Shown here: piece by piece, positions 1-9,829 of the stretch
How the letters are laid out: each line of letters opens with the position of its first letter
Numbering within the stretch: the first letter of the stretch is position 1
Source: an uncultured Candidatus Finniella sp.
GTDB lineage: Bacteria > Pseudomonadota > Alphaproteobacteria > Paracaedibacterales > VGCI01
Direction: 5' to 3'
DNA: 43,761 nucleotides
Assembly (NCBI GenBank): GCA_964641635.1
Contig: CAZXMD010000001.1
Span: 1 to 43,761, forward strand
Program-made: the position numbers and the translations under genes
Notes under the pieces: model-generated
The model's database searches: none
What the model was told of the DNA's origin: nothing
Seen by the model: the letters and a program-made list of their open reading frames with translations, nothing else

Positions 1-402
1 AGGTTTAGCCTCAAATTTTGGCTTGGTTTTCTCTTTAAGGGAATCAGGCAGGTAATAATCCTCTGCTTGCGCTTGATCTATATCTTCAGGAAACCCGCCA
101 GAAAGAACGGCGTTTTCACATTTTTTTTCACAATAGAACCATGCCCGTCCGATTCTTCCCGCTGCTTTCTCGTAGAACTTAGCTTCTCTCAGAGAGGAAC
201 CTTTATAAAGATCGTGGGTGATCTTTTCATTTCGTGCTCTGGCCGCAGCTGCGCATCCTTTCTTACACTTATCCCAATCAGATTCACTCTCGGAGCCCAC
301 GAGGTCAGGAGATGGCGTGCTTTCCATTCCACTAGCAAACGTTGTTAGCAGACACAGACCCATGACTGAGTATACTAAGGCTTGGATAAATCTCTTATAC
401 AT
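1..402 (-). CDS. Secreted hypothetical protein, 3' end cut by window edge (signal peptide, twin Cx3C)
   Basis: Absent from the ORF track because it has no stop inside the window. Hand translation of the minus strand from ATG 402..400 stays open to nt 1 (134 codons). It begins MYKRFIQALVYSVMGLCLLTTFASG (hydrophobic, signal-like), then ...DWDKCKKGCAAAAR...(40 aa between the pairs)...WFYCEKKCENAV... The + strand ORF 67..348 is its antisense shadow. Confidence 0.55.
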   Translation of the reverse strand, partial: MYKRFIQALVYSVMGLCLLTTFASGMESTPSPDLVGSESESDWDKCKKGCAAAARARNEKITHDLYKGSSLREAKFYEKAAGRIGRAWFYCEKKCENAVLSGGFPEDIDQAQAEDYYLPDSLKEKTKPKFEAKP

Positions 403-589
403 TTTACTCGTCCTCTTAATTTTATAAATTCTTTACATAATTATTAGATGATCCCTTTTTTTAAATTGTATTAAGGGTATGCCAATTCTGTCAACGTGGC
501 TTTTATGCTTGAAGTTTTTGCATTTATTCTTTAAATAAGAAGAATATAGCCCTAATAAAATATCCAACAATTCTGCAAAGGAGAATTTC

Positions 590-778
590 ATGGGAATGAG
601 TTTAAGCCACATGGTTTTGTTGTTAGCAATTGTTTTGGTGATCTTTGGCGCCGGTAAACTGCCCCGCGTCATGGGGGATATCGCCAAGGGTCTAAAAGCC
701 TTCAAGGATGGCATGAAAGACGGCGAAGATGCTGATAAAATTGCAAAACTTCCCGATGACAAAAACCGCGCTGCATGA
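590..778 (+). CDS. tatA: Sec-independent (twin-arginine) translocase subunit TatA
   Basis: 62 aa with one N-terminal TM helix, then the hinge and amphipathic helix [32 protein letters not shown] typical of TatA/E. AAGGAG sits 6 nt upstream of the ATG. Followed by tatB and tatC. Confidence 0.9.
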   Translation: MGMSLSHMVLLLAIVLVIFGAGKLPRVMGDIAKGLKAFKDGMKDGEDADKIAKLPDDKNRAA

Positions 779-790
779 TCGGTTTCACCC

Positions 791-1015
791 ATGATTGATT
801 TCGCGTGGTCTGAATTTTTATTTATCGCTTTACTCGCCTTAATTTTAATTGGCCCCAAAGAACTGCCAACGGTTTTAAGATATATTGGCCGCATGGTTGG
901 AAAAGCACGCGCATTCACAAAAGAATTCTCCTCCCAACTTGATCTTGAAGCGCATATGGACCCAAAGGAAGCAGACAGCGAAGATACCAAAGCCTCAAAA
1001 GACACCCAATCATGA
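791..1015 (+). CDS. tatB: Twin-arginine translocase subunit TatB
   Basis: 74 aa. The N-terminus FLFIALLALILIGPKELPTVLRYIGRMVGKARAF matches the TatB TM + GP + amphipathic helix pattern. Its stop overlaps the tatC start (ATGA at 1012..1015). Confidence 0.85.
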   Translation: MIDFAWSEFLFIALLALILIGPKELPTVLRYIGRMVGKARAFTKEFSSQLDLEAHMDPKEADSEDTKASKDTQS

Positions 1016-1761
1016 CAGCAGACACCCCTCAACCCCTCCTTCATCATCTTATAGAATTGCGACAGCGGTTAATTTATGCCTTGATCGGGTTCTTCATCGC
1101 CTTCATTTTGTGCTATGCTTTTTCTGAAGAAATTTTTCGTTTTCTCGTTCAACCACTAGCAACACTGTTGCAAGAAAAAGGCCATCGGCGCCTTATTTAT
1201 ACAGGCCTTACCGAAGCGTTTCTAACCTACATCAAGGTTTCGGCCTTTACCGCCGCTTTTTTATCTTTTCCCGTTGTTGCATCCCAGTTGTGGATGTTTA
1301 TTGCCCCCGGCCTTTACCGCCAGGAACGAAAAGTTTTTATTCCCCTATTGATTGCAACGCCGATCCTGTTCCTGATTGGCGCCGCTTTTGCCTACTATGT
1401 TGTTTTTCCAGTTGCTTATGCTTTTTTCTTAAGCTTCGAGACGCCGGGATCAACAGGCCAACTGCCCATTCAGCTCGAAGCAAAAGTCAATGAATATCTG
1501 TCTTTTGTCATGCGGCTTATTTTTGCTTTTGGGGTGAGTTTTGAATTGCCCGTTTTATTGACATTATTAGCCAATGTCGGTATGGTCAGCTCGCAAGGGT
1601 TGGTAACTAAATGGCGCTTTGCCATCGTTGGTATATTTATTATTGCTGCCCTTGTTACACCGCCGGATATGCTGAGCATGGTGGGATTAGCTATCCCCCT
1701 CATTATCCTTTATGGGATATCAATTCTCATGGTAAGATGGGTTGAACGTCGGCGCCAGTAA
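1012..1761 (+). CDS. tatC: Twin-arginine translocase subunit TatC
   Basis: 249 aa polytopic membrane protein. LLHHLIELRQRLIY...FxxPL...FIAPGLYxxER... are TatC signatures. Third gene of a tatABC cluster. Confidence 0.95.
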   Translation: MTADTPQPLLHHLIELRQRLIYALIGFFIAFILCYAFSEEIFRFLVQPLATLLQEKGHRRLIYTGLTEAFLTYIKVSAFTAAFLSFPVVASQLWMFIAPGLYRQERKVFIPLLIATPILFLIGAAFAYYVVFPVAYAFFLSFETPGSTGQLPIQLEAKVNEYLSFVMRLIFAFGVSFELPVLLTLLANVGMVSSQGLVTKWRFAIVGIFIIAALVTPPDMLSMVGLAIPLIILYGISILMVRWVERRRQ

Positions 1762-1792
1762 CTGTTCTGACTTAATAGAGATTTTTAAAACT

Positions 1793-3085
1793 ATGTTAGA
1801 TCTAAAATTAATCCGCACCCAACCTGAAATACTAGACCAGGCTCTTCAGCGCCGGGGGAAACCGCCAATTAGCGCAGAAATTTTGGACTTGGACACAAAA
1901 CATCGAGCAGCGCTCACCGAATTGCAAACCTGCCAAACCAACCGCAATGCCCTTGCCAAACAATTTGGAGAAGCCAAACGCAAAGGGGAAGATACAACAG
2001 GCCTATCTGGCCAGTCTGACCACCTGAAGGCTGAGATTTCACGATGGGAAAAAGAAGTCGACACGTATGAACAGGACTTGCACGGCTTGTTGTCAACTTT
2101 ACCAAATTTACCGGCAAGTGACGTTCCGGAAGGACAGGATGAGTCCCAAAACAAGGTGGTCCGCACTGTTGGAACTCTTCCCACCTTTGACTTTACCCCA
2201 AAAGCACACTTTGATCTCGGAGAGGCCCTTGGATTGATGGACTTTGAGCGGGCAACCAAAATTTCAGGCGCTCGGTTTGTCGTCTTATACGGTCAATTGG
2301 CCCGCCTGGAACGTGCTTTAGCAGCTTTTATGATAGATATCCATACCCGCGAATTCGGCTACAAGGAAGTCTATCCCCCTTTAATGGTTCTTGAAAAAAC
2401 AGCCTATGGAACAAGTCATCTCCCCAAATTACGGGAAGATATGTTTCAAACAATGCAAGGTTTATGGCTCATCCCAACTTCTGAAGTCGCTCTAACAAGC
2501 CTCGTTGCAGAAGAAACGTTAAGTGAGCAGGTTTTACCCCTAAGATATACGGCTTATACGCCCTGCTTCCGCTCCGAAGCTGGCGCTGCAGGAAAAGATA
2601 CCCGTGGGATGATCCGTCAACATCAATTCGGAAAAGTTGAGTTGGTGAGCATTACAGCTCCTGAGCAATCAACAGCTGAGCATGAACGCATGACATCCGC
2701 TGCAGAAGCCATCCTTCAGCGCCTAGAACTCCCTTACCAGCTTGTCGAACTTTGCACAGGGGATCTTGGCTTTTCTGCTGAAAAAACTTATGACTTGAAT
2801 GTTTGGCTTCCCAGCCAAAATACCTACCGGGAAATTTCAAGCTGTTCCCGTTGCGGTGACTTTCAAGCCCGGCGTATGAATACCCGATATCGCCCTCACG
2901 CAACAGGCGCAGATCCGAAACCAGCCTTACAGTTTGTCCATACCCTTAACGGATCCGGATTGGCGGTTGGACGGACCCTTGTCGCTATTATGGAAAATTA
3001 CCAGCAGCCGGATGGCAGCATCCGCATCCCCAAAGTCTTGCAGACCTACATGGCAGGCGTTGAAGTTATTGGTAAAGAAGGTTAA
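1793..3085 (+). CDS. serS: Seryl-tRNA synthetase
   Basis: MLDLKLIRTQPE... N-terminal coiled-coil arm followed by a class II core (TSEVALTSL, FRSEAGAAGKDTRGMIRQHQFGKVE, LNGSGLAVGRTLVAIMENYQ). Start moved to ATG 1793. The track start at 1742 overlaps the tatC end and adds a non-conserved leader. Confidence 0.95.
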   Translation: MLDLKLIRTQPEILDQALQRRGKPPISAEILDLDTKHRAALTELQTCQTNRNALAKQFGEAKRKGEDTTGLSGQSDHLKAEISRWEKEVDTYEQDLHGLLSTLPNLPASDVPEGQDESQNKVVRTVGTLPTFDFTPKAHFDLGEALGLMDFERATKISGARFVVLYGQLARLERALAAFMIDIHTREFGYKEVYPPLMVLEKTAYGTSHLPKLREDMFQTMQGLWLIPTSEVALTSLVAEETLSEQVLPLRYTAYTPCFRSEAGAAGKDTRGMIRQHQFGKVELVSITAPEQSTAEHERMTSAAEAILQRLELPYQLVELCTGDLGFSAEKTYDLNVWLPSQNTYREISSCSRCGDFQARRMNTRYRPHATGADPKPALQFVHTLNGSGLAVGRTLVAIMENYQQPDGSIRIPKVLQTYMAGVEVIGKEG

Positions 3086-3086
3086 A

Positions 3087-3848
3087 ATGAAGACCATGCG
3101 TATTCTATTAAGTAATGATGATGGCATCCATGCCCCAGGCCTCAAAGCCCTAGAAAAAATCGCTCGCGAATTGTCCGATGATGTGTGGGTTGTTGCGCCC
3201 GAAATGGACCAAAGCGGCGCTAGCCACTCTCTCACTTTACGGGATCCTTTGCGCATCCGCCCGATCTCTGAGCGGCGTTTTGCAATCAGTGGAACTCCTA
3301 CGGATTGTGTGATGATTGCAACCAAAAATCTCCTGAAGGACAGCCCCCCCGATCTGGTGCTATCAGGCGTCAACCATGGCAGTAACATGGCCGAAGATAT
3401 TACCTATTCGGGGACGGTCGCCGCCGCCATGGAAGCGGCCCTCTTAGGCATTCCCGCAATAGCCATGAGCCTGGTAACCACAGACAACCATCCCGCAAAA
3501 TGGGCAACAGCGGAACAATATGCTCCGGATATTATACGACGCTTGCTTAAAATCAAATTTCAGGACAATATCTTTGTAAATATCAATTTTCCAGACCTTG
3601 TTGCTTCTTCCGTCAAAGGAATTGAGATTACTCATCAAGGGCAACGCCGCATAGAAGGAAATTTGGAAGAGCGCGTTGATCCTCGGGGTCGACAATATTA
3701 TTGGATTGGTGCTATCCAATATGATGGAAGCGGCGACGAAGGAACAGATTTGAAGGCTAATTCCAAAGGGCTCATTTCTGTGACGCCCCTCTCTTTGGAT
3801 TTTACCCATCGGGAAACAATGAAACAGTTTAACAAGGTGTTTGCATAA
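3087..3848 (+). CDS. surE: 5'/3'-nucleotidase SurE
   Basis: MKTMRILLSNDDGIHAPGLKAL... and GVNHGSNMAEDITYSGTVAAAMEA are canonical SurE motifs. ATG 3087 lies 1 nt after the serS stop. The longer track ORF (2934) runs inside serS. Confidence 0.93.
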   Translation: MKTMRILLSNDDGIHAPGLKALEKIARELSDDVWVVAPEMDQSGASHSLTLRDPLRIRPISERRFAISGTPTDCVMIATKNLLKDSPPDLVLSGVNHGSNMAEDITYSGTVAAAMEAALLGIPAIAMSLVTTDNHPAKWATAEQYAPDIIRRLLKIKFQDNIFVNINFPDLVASSVKGIEITHQGQRRIEGNLEERVDPRGRQYYWIGAIQYDGSGDEGTDLKANSKGLISVTPLSLDFTHRETMKQFNKVFA

Positions 3849-3850
3849 TC

Positions 3851-4837
3851 ATGAAAAACTATAAAATAATCAAAGTTGCTCTAACTATTTTCACACTCGG
3901 CACACTCCTCATCGGGTGTGCTTCCCGCAGTGGGCCACCCGCATCTGTGCACTATGACAAGAAAAGCACCCCCTACCATGTCGTCAAAAAGGGAGATAGC
4001 ATCGCTTCCATCGCTCGAAAGTATGCGATGAACAAACGGGAATTAATCCGCATCAACGGGCTGGAATCCCCCTATCGAATTGTAAGAGGACAACGCCTTC
4101 TTGTGCGGCCGCATAAACCTTCGATTGCTACAAGAGACCAAGAAGATCAAGTAGATGAAACAGAGGCCCCCGCAACGGAAGAAGTCGGATCTGTCCCAGA
4201 AGATGGCGACGTCCAAACCAAACCTCTAGCACCTGTAGCAGGAGTACCTAGTGGAGTCAGGCTGGACGGATCAGACCAAAAGGGCGCCGTCGAATCCCAA
4301 GGCAGGATGAACCCGGAAACAGATGAAGAAATGGATGTAGATGAGGGACAAGATTCCCGTAACCGTAAGTATGATGAAGATAACATTGACGAAGCGGAAA
4401 ACCTTTCCAAACGCCAGACCCGTGACCAGGCCTCGAGCATTGCCCCTCCTCCTCCAGCAGCAGCAGGCTATACCTGGCCGACACAGGGCACTGTTACCCG
4501 CAACTTTAATCCGGCCGGGAAAGGGAAAGCTCAAAATGATGGCATCAATATCGCCGCCGCTAAAGGAGCTCCCGTTGTTGCCGCCAACAATGGCGTTGTC
4601 GCCCATGCAGGAAACCAGCTGCGCGGTTTTGGAAATGTTGTCCTTGTCAAGCATGACAATGGAACAATGACCGTTTATGCACACCTTGACAAAGTCTCCG
4701 TCAAAAAAGGAGATATGGTGGGTGCTGGACAAAAGTTGGGTACCGTTGGTCAAACAGGAACAGTTAAGGACCCTCAGCTTCATTTTGAAATTCGAAAGGG
4801 CCGCAAGCCTATTGATCCGAATAAGTTCTTGAGTTAA
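3851..4837 (+). CDS. LysM + M23 peptidase lipoprotein (NlpD/DipM-like)
   Basis: Lipobox LLIGC after a signal peptide. LysM domain (YHVVKKGDSIASIARKYAMNKRELIRINGL...GQRLLV). A long acidic low-complexity linker. C-terminal M23 domain (GINIAAAKGAPVVAANNGVVAHAG...GNVVLVKHDNGTMTVYAHL...GTVGQTGTVKDPQLHFEIR). Occupies the usual position after surE. Confidence 0.85.
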   Translation: MKNYKIIKVALTIFTLGTLLIGCASRSGPPASVHYDKKSTPYHVVKKGDSIASIARKYAMNKRELIRINGLESPYRIVRGQRLLVRPHKPSIATRDQEDQVDETEAPATEEVGSVPEDGDVQTKPLAPVAGVPSGVRLDGSDQKGAVESQGRMNPETDEEMDVDEGQDSRNRKYDEDNIDEAENLSKRQTRDQASSIAPPPPAAAGYTWPTQGTVTRNFNPAGKGKAQNDGINIAAAKGAPVVAANNGVVAHAGNQLRGFGNVVLVKHDNGTMTVYAHLDKVSVKKGDMVGAGQKLGTVGQTGTVKDPQLHFEIRKGRKPIDPNKFLS

Positions 4838-4873
4838 AGAGAATAGTAGTCATAATTTTTTAGGAGTAAAATA

Positions 4874-5296
4874 ATGGGAAGTGGTTTTGATGTAATGGCT
4901 TTGTTGCCATTTGTGCTGATTTTTGGCGTCTTTTATTTTTTAATTTTGCGGCCTCAGCAGCAAAAATTGAGAAAGCATCAAAATATGCTGGCCAATTTGC
5001 GGCGGGGAGACCGTGTTATCACCAATGGAGGCCTGATTGGAACAATTTCCAAAATCGTTGATGAAAGTGAAGTCCAATTAGAGGTCGCTGACGATGTCCG
5101 CATTCGTCAAGTCCGCGGCATGATCGCAGAAGTTCTGGCTAAAACAGATCCGGTCTCAGCCGGACAAACCGCTAAGGGTTCTGTCCCTACTGACAAGGGC
5201 CTTGTCTCTCCCATTGTGCGCAAATCTGGCGCCTCTACCGTAAAGAAAGTTACTAAATCCGCAGCGAACCGATCCACAGGAAAATCCAAAAAATGA
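4874..5296 (+). CDS. yajC: Preprotein translocase subunit YajC (with extended basic C-terminal tail)
   Basis: LLPFVLIFGVFYFLILRPQQQKLRKHQNMLANLRRGDRVITNGGLIGTI is the YajC signature. Its stop overlaps the secD start (ATGA). Confidence 0.9.
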   Translation: MGSGFDVMALLPFVLIFGVFYFLILRPQQQKLRKHQNMLANLRRGDRVITNGGLIGTISKIVDESEVQLEVADDVRIRQVRGMIAEVLAKTDPVSAGQTAKGSVPTDKGLVSPIVRKSGASTVKKVTKSAANRSTGKSKK

Positions 5297-6894
5297 TCTT
5301 TATCCCCCGCTGGAAAATTTTTTCTATTCTCAGTATTTGTGCGTTGGGCATTTTATTTGCCCTGCCGAATGTGCTGCCACCCTACCTTTACGATAAGCTC
5401 CCCGAAGCTTTTCAAAAGACGGTGAACCTTGGCTTGGAATTGCGGGGGGGATCACACCTTCAATTGGAAGTTGACCTTAAATCCGTTCTGAAAGAACAGC
5501 TGCTGAATACCCTGGATGAAGTCCGGGCCACTTTACGTAAAGAACAAATTGGCTATGCTGGTTTATCCGTTAACCAACAGCAAGGAAACATTTCATTCAC
5601 TTTACGCAATCCGGGAGACACACAACTACGGGAGAAAACCCTTAAATCTCTTAAAAAGATTGACCCTCAGGCAGTTGTTGCTATAACCCCTGAAGGAAGA
5701 GGAACCCTCACCCTTTCGTCAGAATCAATTGAGAGCCGTAATCGTGCTGTGGTTGAACAATCCATTGAAGTTGTCCGCCGACGTATCGATGAATCCGGCA
5801 CAAAAGAACCTTTGTTGCAACGTCAGGGAAGTGACCGTATTATTGTTCAGCTTCCCGGGGTTGAAGACCCGGGCGAAGTGAAACGGCTGATTGGCCGTAC
5901 GGCTAAAATGACTTTCCGTATGGTGGATGAAGAGGCGGGGCCTATCGAAGTAACAGCAAGTGGTACGCCACGCGCAAATGTGCCGCCAGGTTCGGAAATT
6001 TTAAAATATGACGACAAATCTGAAACGGCTAAATTCATTGTTATCAAAAAACAAATCGCCATCAGCGGAGATAACCTAATCAATGCCCAAGCAGCATTTG
6101 ATGATAATGGCGCCCCTGCGGTGAGTTTAAAGTTCAACAATATTGGCGCCCGGAAATTTGCCGAACTTTCCGGCAACAATATCGGCCGCCGCTTTGCAAT
6201 TGTTCTGGATGATAAAGTCATCAGCGCCCCTGTATTCCGCAGCCTTATCCCCAACGGTAACGGAGTTATCAGCGGCAGCTTTACCTCCCAGGAAGCAGCT
6301 GAATTATCTTTGCTCCTTCGTGCAGGTGCTTTACCGGCTCCTTTAAATGTTATTGAAGAACGGACCGTTGGACCAAGCCTCGGCGCTGACTCCATCCGGG
6401 ATGGAAAGCTCGCCACCGTATTGGCCTTCATCTTTGTGGCCGTCTTCATGGTCATGAACTATTCCTTGTTTGGTTTATATGCGGATATTGCTTTAGCCTT
6501 TAACCTTATCTTCCTATTTGCAGCTCTTTCCCTATTACAAGCAACCTTAACCTTGCCTGGAATTGCTGCGATTGCGCTTACCATTGGAATGGCTGTAGAT
6601 GCCAACGTGCTTATCTATGAGCGTATCAAGGAAGAATTGCGCAATGGTTTGCGCCCCATAGCTGCGATTGAAGCCGGTTATGCCAGGGCCATTACAACCA
6701 TCGTAGACTCGAATCTTACCACACTTATTGGAGCTGCTGTCCTGTTTGAATTCGGGTCTGGTCCCATTCGCGGTTTTGCCGTTAACTTGTCCCTTGGAAT
6801 CGCCATATCTTTGTTTACGGCGCTTTCTTTAACACGTTTAATCATTGTGACGTGGCTGCGCCGGCGCGGTACCGTCACTTCACTGCCCATTTAA
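5293..6894 (+). CDS. secD: Protein translocase subunit SecD
   Basis: 533 aa with an N-terminal TM, a large periplasmic domain (LGLELRGGSHL, VQLPGVEDP, RLIGRTAKMTFR) and a C-terminal 5-TM bundle (TLPGIAAIALTIGMAVDANVLIYERIKEE). Confidence 0.95.
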   Translation: MIFIPRWKIFSILSICALGILFALPNVLPPYLYDKLPEAFQKTVNLGLELRGGSHLQLEVDLKSVLKEQLLNTLDEVRATLRKEQIGYAGLSVNQQQGNISFTLRNPGDTQLREKTLKSLKKIDPQAVVAITPEGRGTLTLSSESIESRNRAVVEQSIEVVRRRIDESGTKEPLLQRQGSDRIIVQLPGVEDPGEVKRLIGRTAKMTFRMVDEEAGPIEVTASGTPRANVPPGSEILKYDDKSETAKFIVIKKQIAISGDNLINAQAAFDDNGAPAVSLKFNNIGARKFAELSGNNIGRRFAIVLDDKVISAPVFRSLIPNGNGVISGSFTSQEAAELSLLLRAGALPAPLNVIEERTVGPSLGADSIRDGKLATVLAFIFVAVFMVMNYSLFGLYADIALAFNLIFLFAALSLLQATLTLPGIAAIALTIGMAVDANVLIYERIKEELRNGLRPIAAIEAGYARAITTIVDSNLTTLIGAAVLFEFGSGPIRGFAVNLSLGIAISLFTALSLTRLIIVTWLRRRGTVTSLPI

Positions 6895-6908
6895 GAGGCC
6901 TAATTTAT

Positions 6909-7826
6909 ATGTCACTTCACATTATACCCTACAATACTAAAGTCGACTTCGTTGGTTTTCGCTTTATAACCTTTGCCATTTGCGTACTTGTCATTGTGGC
7001 TTCTACCATCAGTTTTGCTGTTAAAGGCTTAAACTATGGCATCGACTTTCGTGGCGGATTTATCCTTGAAGTCCGCATGCCCGAAAAACCAGATGTTCCA
7101 AGTTTACGCACAAAAATAGAACAACTTCACCTAGGAGACGCTTCTCTACAAGATTTTGGTAAGGATAATACCCTCTTAATCCGTTTGGAAAGCCACCAAG
7201 AAGAGGGAAAAGAAGACTCTCAAGTTCAAGCTGAAACATTGGAAAAAGTCAAAAAGGTGTTAGGGGCTGGCGTCGACTATCGTAAAGTGGAAACCATTGG
7301 ACCAAAAGTTGGCGGAGAATTGATCCGTAATGCCCTCAATGCCATCGGCCTTGCGCTTCTTGCCATGCTTATCTATATTGCCGTCCGTTTTGAGTGGCAG
7401 TTTGCCGCCTGCGCCGTCATGGCTCTCTTTCATGACTGTATCGCGATCCTCGGACTCTTCTCCCTGTTTCCGTTGGAGTTCAATGAAAATGCCATCATCG
7501 CCATTTTAATCACGGCGGGCTATTCCATTAATGACACCATCGTGATCTTTGACCGAATCCGTGAAAATATCCGTAAATACAAAAAAATGGATTTAGGGGA
7601 CCTTGTTAACAAAAGCCTGAACGAGACATTGTCCCGAACTTTGCTTACAGCTTCCACAACCCTATTGGCCCTGGTTGCTTTATACCTCTGGGGCGGAAAA
7701 GTTATCTCAACATTTACCTTACCGATTATTATCGGCATCCTTATCGGGTCGTTTTCCTCCATCTGCCTGGCTGCTCCCCTGCTCCTTTATTTGCGCTTAA
7801 AAAGAGGCGAAGAGGTAGCGGCGTAG
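6909..7826 (+). CDS. secF: Protein translocase subunit SecF
   Basis: GLNYGIDFRGG, GPKVGGEL and GYSINDTIVIFDRIREN are SecF motifs. Start moved to ATG 6909 (MSLHIIPYNTK...), since the track start 6852 overlaps secD. Ends with TAG 7824..7826. Confidence 0.93.
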   Translation: MSLHIIPYNTKVDFVGFRFITFAICVLVIVASTISFAVKGLNYGIDFRGGFILEVRMPEKPDVPSLRTKIEQLHLGDASLQDFGKDNTLLIRLESHQEEGKEDSQVQAETLEKVKKVLGAGVDYRKVETIGPKVGGELIRNALNAIGLALLAMLIYIAVRFEWQFAACAVMALFHDCIAILGLFSLFPLEFNENAIIAILITAGYSINDTIVIFDRIRENIRKYKKMDLGDLVNKSLNETLSRTLLTASTTLLALVALYLWGGKVISTFTLPIIIGILIGSFSSICLAAPLLLYLRLKRGEEVAA

Positions 7827-7838
7827 AATTTCGATCCA

Positions 7839-9758
7839 TCAACTGGTTTTGGCCTTCATAAAGTCCCGTAACGCTTGAGCCATATACCCATCAAAATCAT
7901 GAGAAGAATTCATGTTAGCCGTTTTTTTCACGCGACAAAAATTGAGGGCAACCTGAATTTTTCTCAACCTTTTAGCCAACTGAAAAGCCTCAAGGAGTTG
8001 GTCTTTGGGCGCAAACGCCAGCCAGTTATCCAGGTACGCATTTTTCAAAATTTCATATCTTCCGTCGGTTTCCTGCAAGTCATGGTTTCGTCTCGCACTG
8101 TTCAAACAGGACGCCAATGAAAAGAAAGGATGAGAAATAACGGCGTCTCCCCAATCCGCTATGGTCAGATAGCCGTCTTTGATGAGGATGTTATTGTCAT
8201 GAAAGTCTACGTGGTCAATGGTTTCGGGGATTTTATACCCCGACAAGAGCTCACAAAGATCTGAGACTTTATCCTGCAAGCCTTTCAGTACCTTAATTTC
8301 AGGAAGGGTTAACCCATCTGTCTGCAAAACGTCTTCCTGATTGATGAGCTGCTGATAGAGATCCGGAAGCTTTACCACTCGCCAATCTGGAATACCTATT
8401 AATAGCAGGGCCTCTACCTGCTTTACGGCCTTGATCTGAATATGCGCATAAATCTTTAATGCCTTACAGAACAAGTCCAACTGAAGCCCGTCTTTTTGAT
8501 GGTTGCGCAAAGGTTGGCCTGCATCTTTCATGAGAAAGCAGTAAAGCGCCTTATTGTCAGCAATAACCTTTGGTACGTTATCAATGTCCCACTCGGACAA
8601 AGTTTTTATCAATGTAGGCTCAAGAGCAAACGGAGCTGCCATCTGTTTCAAAAAAACAGAACCTTCTGATGTCGAAAAACACGACACTTTTGACCATGGC
8701 ATGGCGCGGATTGGTTCCGGCACTCCCTTTGTAACATACCCATTATCTAACAGATAATTTCCAGCCCATTCTATAGCATCATCAGCAACAATCCGGGAAA
8801 GAATAGTCCCAATGAGATCACAAATATCTGCGCATTGATTGGGGCGTTGGTCAGGCAAACACCGGACAAGGCATGAGAGGAGATTGAGAATATTCAGAAG
8901 ATCAATACGCAACCGCCAATCTTCCGGCAAAGGAACGCCCCCCTTTTTTAAGCCTGACAGAAATGCTGTCTCATACATCGGTGACATATGGTGGGCATAA
9001 CGCAGCATCAGAGCCACATCCTGTAACGGGGAAGCACAATATGCAAACTCCCAATCCAGCACGCCGGATATTTTCCAAAAACCATCGGATTTCTTAACCA
9101 ACAGGTTTGCCGGATCAAAGTCGCCATGCACCAGATGGGTCTGAGTCTCATCGGGAAACAAAACAGCATGAACATCAAGGAGATGGTCGATCTTGGAGAT
9201 GGACTCTTCCCCAAGTATATGGATGACTGTTGGATGCTTTAGACAATCCTTGGCAAACGTGACGTAACCCTCTTGCTTCAAAGGCTCCTGGATGCTCAAG
9301 TCCTTACTGAAGAAACCCGAAGCGGGAAAGCGGACTGTCTGGATTTTGCTCAAAATTTCTCCCGCCTCCTCCATAAGCTGCTCCATATTGCAAGGCTCCT
9401 CTCCCAAAAGAAGGTCCCTCAGAGTAATTCCCGGCATAAACTCGGCGATTGCAAAACGGTGTTCATCCAAGTCTCCTACAAAGTATATCTGAGGTATGGG
9501 TACACGTCCTTTTAGAAGTTCTCCAAGCTTTTGTTCGCGGTAAGCAGCATCCTTATCCCGCAAATATACCCTCAAGATATAGGGCTGACCCACATCTTCT
9601 AGAATAATTTTGATGTTCAGGTTGGCGCATCCCCCGGAGATGATCTCATAGGAGTATAATTTTTCTTTTAGGAAAGCAAGCGATACCATCCCCTCAACGG
9701 TTTGAGAAGAGATGTCATAATGTTGATCTGTTTTTTCCCAATGTTTCTTGAAGGTCAT
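7839..9758 (-). CDS. Tandem aminoglycoside/choline-kinase-like phosphotransferase (two APH-fold domains fused)
   Basis: The N-terminal half has the APH catalytic loop HLVHGDFDPANLLV and the metal-binding VLDWEFA. The C-terminal half has a second set: IDHVDFHDNNILI and TIADWGDA. Start placed at ATG 9758 (MTFKKHWEK). The track start 9800 is TTG. Confidence 0.75.
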   Translation of the reverse strand: MTFKKHWEKTDQHYDISSQTVEGMVSLAFLKEKLYSYEIISGGCANLNIKIILEDVGQPYILRVYLRDKDAAYREQKLGELLKGRVPIPQIYFVGDLDEHRFAIAEFMPGITLRDLLLGEEPCNMEQLMEEAGEILSKIQTVRFPASGFFSKDLSIQEPLKQEGYVTFAKDCLKHPTVIHILGEESISKIDHLLDVHAVLFPDETQTHLVHGDFDPANLLVKKSDGFWKISGVLDWEFAYCASPLQDVALMLRYAHHMSPMYETAFLSGLKKGGVPLPEDWRLRIDLLNILNLLSCLVRCLPDQRPNQCADICDLIGTILSRIVADDAIEWAGNYLLDNGYVTKGVPEPIRAMPWSKVSCFSTSEGSVFLKQMAAPFALEPTLIKTLSEWDIDNVPKVIADNKALYCFLMKDAGQPLRNHQKDGLQLDLFCKALKIYAHIQIKAVKQVEALLLIGIPDWRVVKLPDLYQQLINQEDVLQTDGLTLPEIKVLKGLQDKVSDLCELLSGYKIPETIDHVDFHDNNILIKDGYLTIADWGDAVISHPFFSLASCLNSARRNHDLQETDGRYEILKNAYLDNWLAFAPKDQLLEAFQLAKRLRKIQVALNFCRVKKTANMNSSHDFDGYMAQALRDFMKAKTS

Positions 9759-9829
9759 TACATATTCCACGTTTTTAACTTGCTTGAAGGCGATGCCCAA
9801 ACCTATATGAGTAGGCTATAGTCCTAGAA

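Noticed and set aside
433-1047. 204-aa minus-strand ORF covering the tatA/tatB region
   Set aside because: It is antisense to two strongly supported genes (tatA, tatB) and its composition is a typical shadow frame. It has no recognisable motif and no RBS.
5847-6455. 202-aa minus-strand ORF, and similar long antisense ORFs at 1846..2259, 2927..3388, 3444..3809 and 4271..4783
   Set aside because: All are shadows of well-supported + strand housekeeping genes (secD, serS, surE, M23 lipoprotein).
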